Shown here piece after piece: positions 60,194 to 64,000 of a DNA stretch of 64,000 nt (positions are counted from its first letter, which is position 1; each line of letters opens with the position of its first letter). A model generated the notes under the pieces. It saw only the letters and a program-made list of their open reading frames with translations. It did not search any database and was not told the DNA's origin. The position numbers and the translations under genes are program-made. This DNA is from an uncultured delta proteobacterium (GTDB taxonomy: Bacteria > Desulfobacterota > Binatia > UBA9968): the NCBI GenBank assembly GCA_963771465.1, contig CAVYTU010000019.1, positions 1-64,000 of the forward strand. Direction: 5' to 3'.

Positions 60194-61258
60194 ATGATCT
60201 CGATCAAAAACCTGGTGAAAATTTTCAAATCGTCCGGCGATTCGGTTCGCGCCGTCGACGGCGTCACCCTCGACATCGGCGAGCGCGAATTCTTTGTGCT
60301 TCTTGGCTTGAGCGGTTCGGGTAAAACCACATTGCTGCGCTGTGTCGCTGGATTGGAAAAACCGGATAGCGGCGAGATCGCCATCAGCAACACGCTAGTC
60401 AGCTCCTCGGAGCGAAATTTTTTCGTCGGTCCCGAAGACCGCGGTCTCGGCATGGTGTTTCAGTCCTACGCCGTCTGGCCGCATATGACGGTATTTCAGA
60501 ACGTGGCGTTTCCGCTGATCAACGGCCCGCACCGGCTATCGAGCAGCGACGTGAAAAAGAAAGTCACGACCGCCCTCGACATGGTCCAGCTCGCTGGCCT
60601 CGCCGATCGTCCGGCGCCATTTCTAAGCGGCGGCCAACAGCAGCGCGTCGCCCTGGCGCGCGCCCTCGCCGTCGAACCCAAAGTGCTCTTGATGGACGAG
60701 CCGCTCAGCAACTTGGATGCCCGCTTGCGTGAAGAAGTGCGCGATGAGATCAAAGGTCTATCGCAGAAGTTCGGCATCGCCGTGCTCTACGTCACTCACG
60801 ACCAGGTCGAGGCGATGGCGCTGGCCGACCGCGTCGCAGTCATGAGCAAAGGTAAAGTCCTTCAATGCGCGCCGCCGCGCGAGCTCTATGACGCGCCGTC
60901 GAGCCGCGAGGTTTGCGAGTTTCTCGGTTCGACGAACTTGATTGACGGCGTCGTCGCCAACGGCGCTCAAGTCGACACCGATTTAGGAAAACTCGCCTGT
61001 GTAATCAGCGATGGCAATTTGAAGAATGTCAGCGTCGCCATCCGGCCGGAAGAATTGCAGATGGCCATTGTTCCCACCGGACTGGAAAATGAGTTTACCG
61101 CTGAAGTATTATCGTCCACGTTTCTCGGCGAGCTGACGGTGTGCGACGTAAAAGTGAACGGCAAGACTTTGCGCTTCAAGACGACTCAAAGCGCCGCACC
61201 GACACGGCAAGTTTACATTCGGCTGCCGGCGGACAAACTGAAACTGTTCGCAAGATAG
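60194..61258 (+). CDS. ABC transporter ATP-binding protein (PotA/FbpC type, TOBE domain)
   Basis: GLSGSGKT, VFQSYA, LSGGQQQR, MDEPLSNLD. Confidence 0.94.
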   Translation: MISIKNLVKIFKSSGDSVRAVDGVTLDIGEREFFVLLGLSGSGKTTLLRCVAGLEKPDSGEIAISNTLVSSSERNFFVGPEDRGLGMVFQSYAVWPHMTVFQNVAFPLINGPHRLSSSDVKKKVTTALDMVQLAGLADRPAPFLSGGQQQRVALARALAVEPKVLLMDEPLSNLDARLREEVRDEIKGLSQKFGIAVLYVTHDQVEAMALADRVAVMSKGKVLQCAPPRELYDAPSSREVCEFLGSTNLIDGVVANGAQVDTDLGKLACVISDGNLKNVSVAIRPEELQMAIVPTGLENEFTAEVLSSTFLGELTVCDVKVNGKTLRFKTTQSAAPTRQVYIRLPADKLKLFAR

Positions 61259-61405
61259 ACTCAAATGAAGCTGAGATCAGCCGCAACCTCGTGTCGTGGG
61301 CGAAGCGAAGCCTCTGGCATTTTCAATCTTTGACAGAGGCGAGAGGCTTCGCCTGCGGCTCAGAACGACGTCACGATAAATTCGGCTGCTGAAGAGGAAC
61401 AAGCC

Positions 61406-62683
61406 ATGCTGCCACGCGAAGAAAACGACATGCTCACGCTCGTCAGCCCCGACAAACCGATGGGCAAACTTATGCGCTGTTACTGGATTCCCGCGCTGCT
61501 GGCGAGTGAGATTCCCGAGCCCGACTGTGCGCCGGTGCGGGTGCGCTTGCTCGGCGAAGATCTGGTCGCCTTTCGCGACACACAGGGCCGAGTCGGTCTC
61601 CTTGACGAGCATTGCGCTCATCGAGGCACTTCGCTGTTTTTCGGGCGGAATGAAGAGTGCGGCCTGCGCTGTATTTATCATGGTTGGAAATATGATCTCG
61701 ACGGCAAGGTGCTCGACACACCGGCGGAGCCCGCCGACAGCACACTCAAAAACAAAGTGCGCCAGAACGCCTATCCCTGCAAGGAAGCCGCCGGCATCGT
61801 CTGGACCTACATGGGACCGAAGGACAAGCTGCCGCTGCTGCCCAATTACGAGTGGATGAGCATGGCACCGGCAAATCTCTACGTCACCAAATCGATCCAA
61901 GACTGTAGTTGGCTGCAAGGCCTCGAAGGCGAATGCGACTCGTCGCACCTGTCCTTCTTGCACAAAAGTTTTACTGGCGACCGGCCGCGCGGCGGCGGCG
62001 ACGGCGAGCTTTACGCTGCCGACTCGGCGCCGCAGTTGGAAGGCATCGAAATGGACTACGGCATCCGCATGTTGTCCTGCCGACGAATCGGCCCGGACGC
62101 GGTCTACTTGCGCGTGTCGAACATCGTGATGCCTTGCCACGGCTTCATCCCCACCGGCGGCATCAACGGCAACCCGGAAGGCTACACAATTCATTCCCAT
62201 GTGCCGATCGATGACACTCACAGCATGCGCTACAACATCCACTTCCGGCGCAACCGGCCGATCGAACTCAACGAAAGGCAGCATGATGACGAGATCGGCG
62301 CCGACTTCAGAAAAATTCGCAATCTACAGAACAACTACTTGCAGGATCGTGAAAAGCAGAAGCGGGAAAACTTCACCGGTATGGGGCCGATCTTTTTGGC
62401 GCACGACGCCTGCGCCACCGAAAGTATGGGGCCAATCTTCGACCGCTCTCAGGAACATCTCGGCGTCAGCGACATGACGGTCATCGCGGTTAGAAAATTT
62501 CTCTTGAACGCGGCGCGCGCCGTCGAGAGTGGCAAAGAGCCACCCCATATCATTCGCACCACCGAACAAACCGACGTGCGCCACGTCGCCTGCATCGCAA
62601 CGAAAATCGCCGCGAGCCGAGATCCCAAAACGTACGTCGTCGAGCAATTGAAGAAAGAGAAATATTGGGAAGCGGAGAATTGA
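61406..62683 (+). CDS. Rieske oxygenase alpha subunit (phthalate 4,5-dioxygenase-like)
   Basis: CAHRG...CIYHGW Rieske motif; EGECDSSHLSFLH; EHLGVSD. Confidence 0.92.
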   Translation: MLPREENDMLTLVSPDKPMGKLMRCYWIPALLASEIPEPDCAPVRVRLLGEDLVAFRDTQGRVGLLDEHCAHRGTSLFFGRNEECGLRCIYHGWKYDLDGKVLDTPAEPADSTLKNKVRQNAYPCKEAAGIVWTYMGPKDKLPLLPNYEWMSMAPANLYVTKSIQDCSWLQGLEGECDSSHLSFLHKSFTGDRPRGGGDGELYAADSAPQLEGIEMDYGIRMLSCRRIGPDAVYLRVSNIVMPCHGFIPTGGINGNPEGYTIHSHVPIDDTHSMRYNIHFRRNRPIELNERQHDDEIGADFRKIRNLQNNYLQDREKQKRENFTGMGPIFLAHDACATESMGPIFDRSQEHLGVSDMTVIAVRKFLLNAARAVESGKEPPHIIRTTEQTDVRHVACIATKIAASRDPKTYVVEQLKKEKYWEAEN

Positions 62684-62752
62684 TCGTCCTTCGATTCTGA
62701 TTCGACGAATACCAATGATTTCGGTTTGAAGCCGAGTTCACAGCGCCTCGTA

Positions 62753-62823
62753 CGTCATTCCCGCGCACGCGGGAATCTAGCTTCTCGCAGACCGCCTGGA
62801 TGCTCGCCTCCGCGGGCATGACG
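62753..62823. repeat. REP-like inverted repeat
   Basis: CGTCATTCCCGCGCACGCGGGAATC...CGCGGGCATGACG. Confidence 0.75.
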
Positions 62824-62992
62824 ATGCTGTTTCAAGATGTTTTGGCAAAGAGTGATACAGTTCACTTCGCCCACATTGTGAACCATCTCTCGTCCGGTCA
62901 ATATCTATTCACCACCGTCGCGCGGCAATATTCCGATTGTATTGCCCTCCCCTTCTTGGTAAGAGCGGGCTAGCTTTTATCCTGGAGGCGCC

Positions 62993-64000
62993 ATGAAAGT
63001 CGTCGACGTTATCGCTGAAATTCTCAAACGCGAGGGTGTCGAGTTTCTCTCCTGCTATCCCACCAACACCATGATCGAAGCCGCGGCCACAGCGGGTATC
63101 CGGCCAATCGTCTGCCGCCAAGAGCGCGTCGGTGTCGGCATCGCCGACGGTTTCACACGCGTTACCAACGGCAAACGCATCGGTGTATTTTCGATGCAGG
63201 CCGGTCCCGGCGCGGAGAATGCGTATTCCGGCATCACCACGGCCTACTCGGACTCGACACCGATTTTACTCTTACCCGTCGGCCACGCGCGCAACACTTC
63301 ACAAGTGCACCGTTTCTTCCGTTCGGTAGAAGCGTACAAATCGGTGACCAAGTGGAGCGAAGAAATCACGCTCGCTAGTCAAGTGCCGGAGATTATGCGG
63401 CGCGCCTTTAGTTATATGAAAATGGGCCGGCCGGGTCCGGTGTTGGTGGAAATTCCCAACGACGCGGCGATCGAAGAGTTTCCATCGGCGACAATCAATT
63501 ACACGCCGGTCAAACGAACCGTTGCCGGCGCCAATGCCAAAGACGTGGAAGCAGCTGCGAAAGTCTTGGTCCAAGCCAAGTGTCCGGTGATCATCGCCGG
63601 CCAAGGTGTGCTCTGGGCCGAAGCGTCGGCAGAATTGATCGAGCTCGCTGAAATGCTGCAAGCGCCGGTAACCACGCCGCTCGAAGGCAAGAGCGCTTTT
63701 CCGGAACATCATCCGTTATCGCTCGGCACCGGCGCCGGCGTTATGCCGCGCCCGGTGCATACCTTCTTGCAGAAAGCGGACGTCATTCTCGCCGTTGGCG
63801 CCAGCCTGACCAAACACAACATCGTCGCCGCGCCAATACCCGCGGGCAAGACGATCATCCATGCGACCAACGATGAGCGTGACATCAATAAACATTACGC
63901 TACGGATTATCCGATTCTCGGCGACGCCAAGCCGGTCTTGCAGCAATTCATCGAAGCGTTGAAGAGTTTACTCGGTAACAAGAATCGCGAAGCCAACGGC
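62993..64000 (+). CDS. Thiamine pyrophosphate-requiring enzyme (acetolactate synthase-like), runs off the window end
   Basis: GGAGG RBS; MKVVDVIAEILKREGV, RQERVGVGIADG, GPGAEN, GRPGPVLVEIP. Confidence 0.92.
   Translation, partial: MKVVDVIAEILKREGVEFLSCYPTNTMIEAAATAGIRPIVCRQERVGVGIADGFTRVTNGKRIGVFSMQAGPGAENAYSGITTAYSDSTPILLLPVGHARNTSQVHRFFRSVEAYKSVTKWSEEITLASQVPEIMRRAFSYMKMGRPGPVLVEIPNDAAIEEFPSATINYTPVKRTVAGANAKDVEAAAKVLVQAKCPVIIAGQGVLWAEASAELIELAEMLQAPVTTPLEGKSAFPEHHPLSLGTGAGVMPRPVHTFLQKADVILAVGASLTKHNIVAAPIPAGKTIIHATNDERDINKHYATDYPILGDAKPVLQQFIEALKSLLGNKNREANG

Overview
GC-rich bacterial chromosome window. The gene content (many orphan substrate-binding proteins, small Cys-rich proteins, aromatic catabolism) suggests a Candidatus Binatia-like deltaproteobacterium, but that is inference only. 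No rRNA, tRNA or CRISPR array was seen. The left two-thirds (1-42 kb) is an accessory patchwork: single cargo genes separated by related non-autonomous elements with GGG(G)TCA...TGACCC(C) termini. These elements carry captured gene fragments (a methionine synthase II tail, an IS110 head), and short stuttered duplications often sit just outside their ends. Two remnants that resemble the C-terminus of a Y1/RAYT-type transposase lie nearby, one ending in a related terminus. Three in-frame UGA codons, each followed by a SECIS-like hairpin, indicate two selenoproteins: a cobalamin-independent methionine synthase II-family protein (HL-U-RGN) and a membrane-DedA-rhodanese fusion with two UGAs. An ABC importer operon with embedded partner-switching genes lies at 21.6-28.4 kb. 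The right third (47.7-64 kb) is a co-oriented catabolic cluster whose most unusual part is a pair of ferritin-like diiron-fold proteins (one with complete ligands, one degenerate), each followed by a 2x[4Fe-4S] ferredoxin. All calls come from reading the sequence and recognising motifs; no searches were run.
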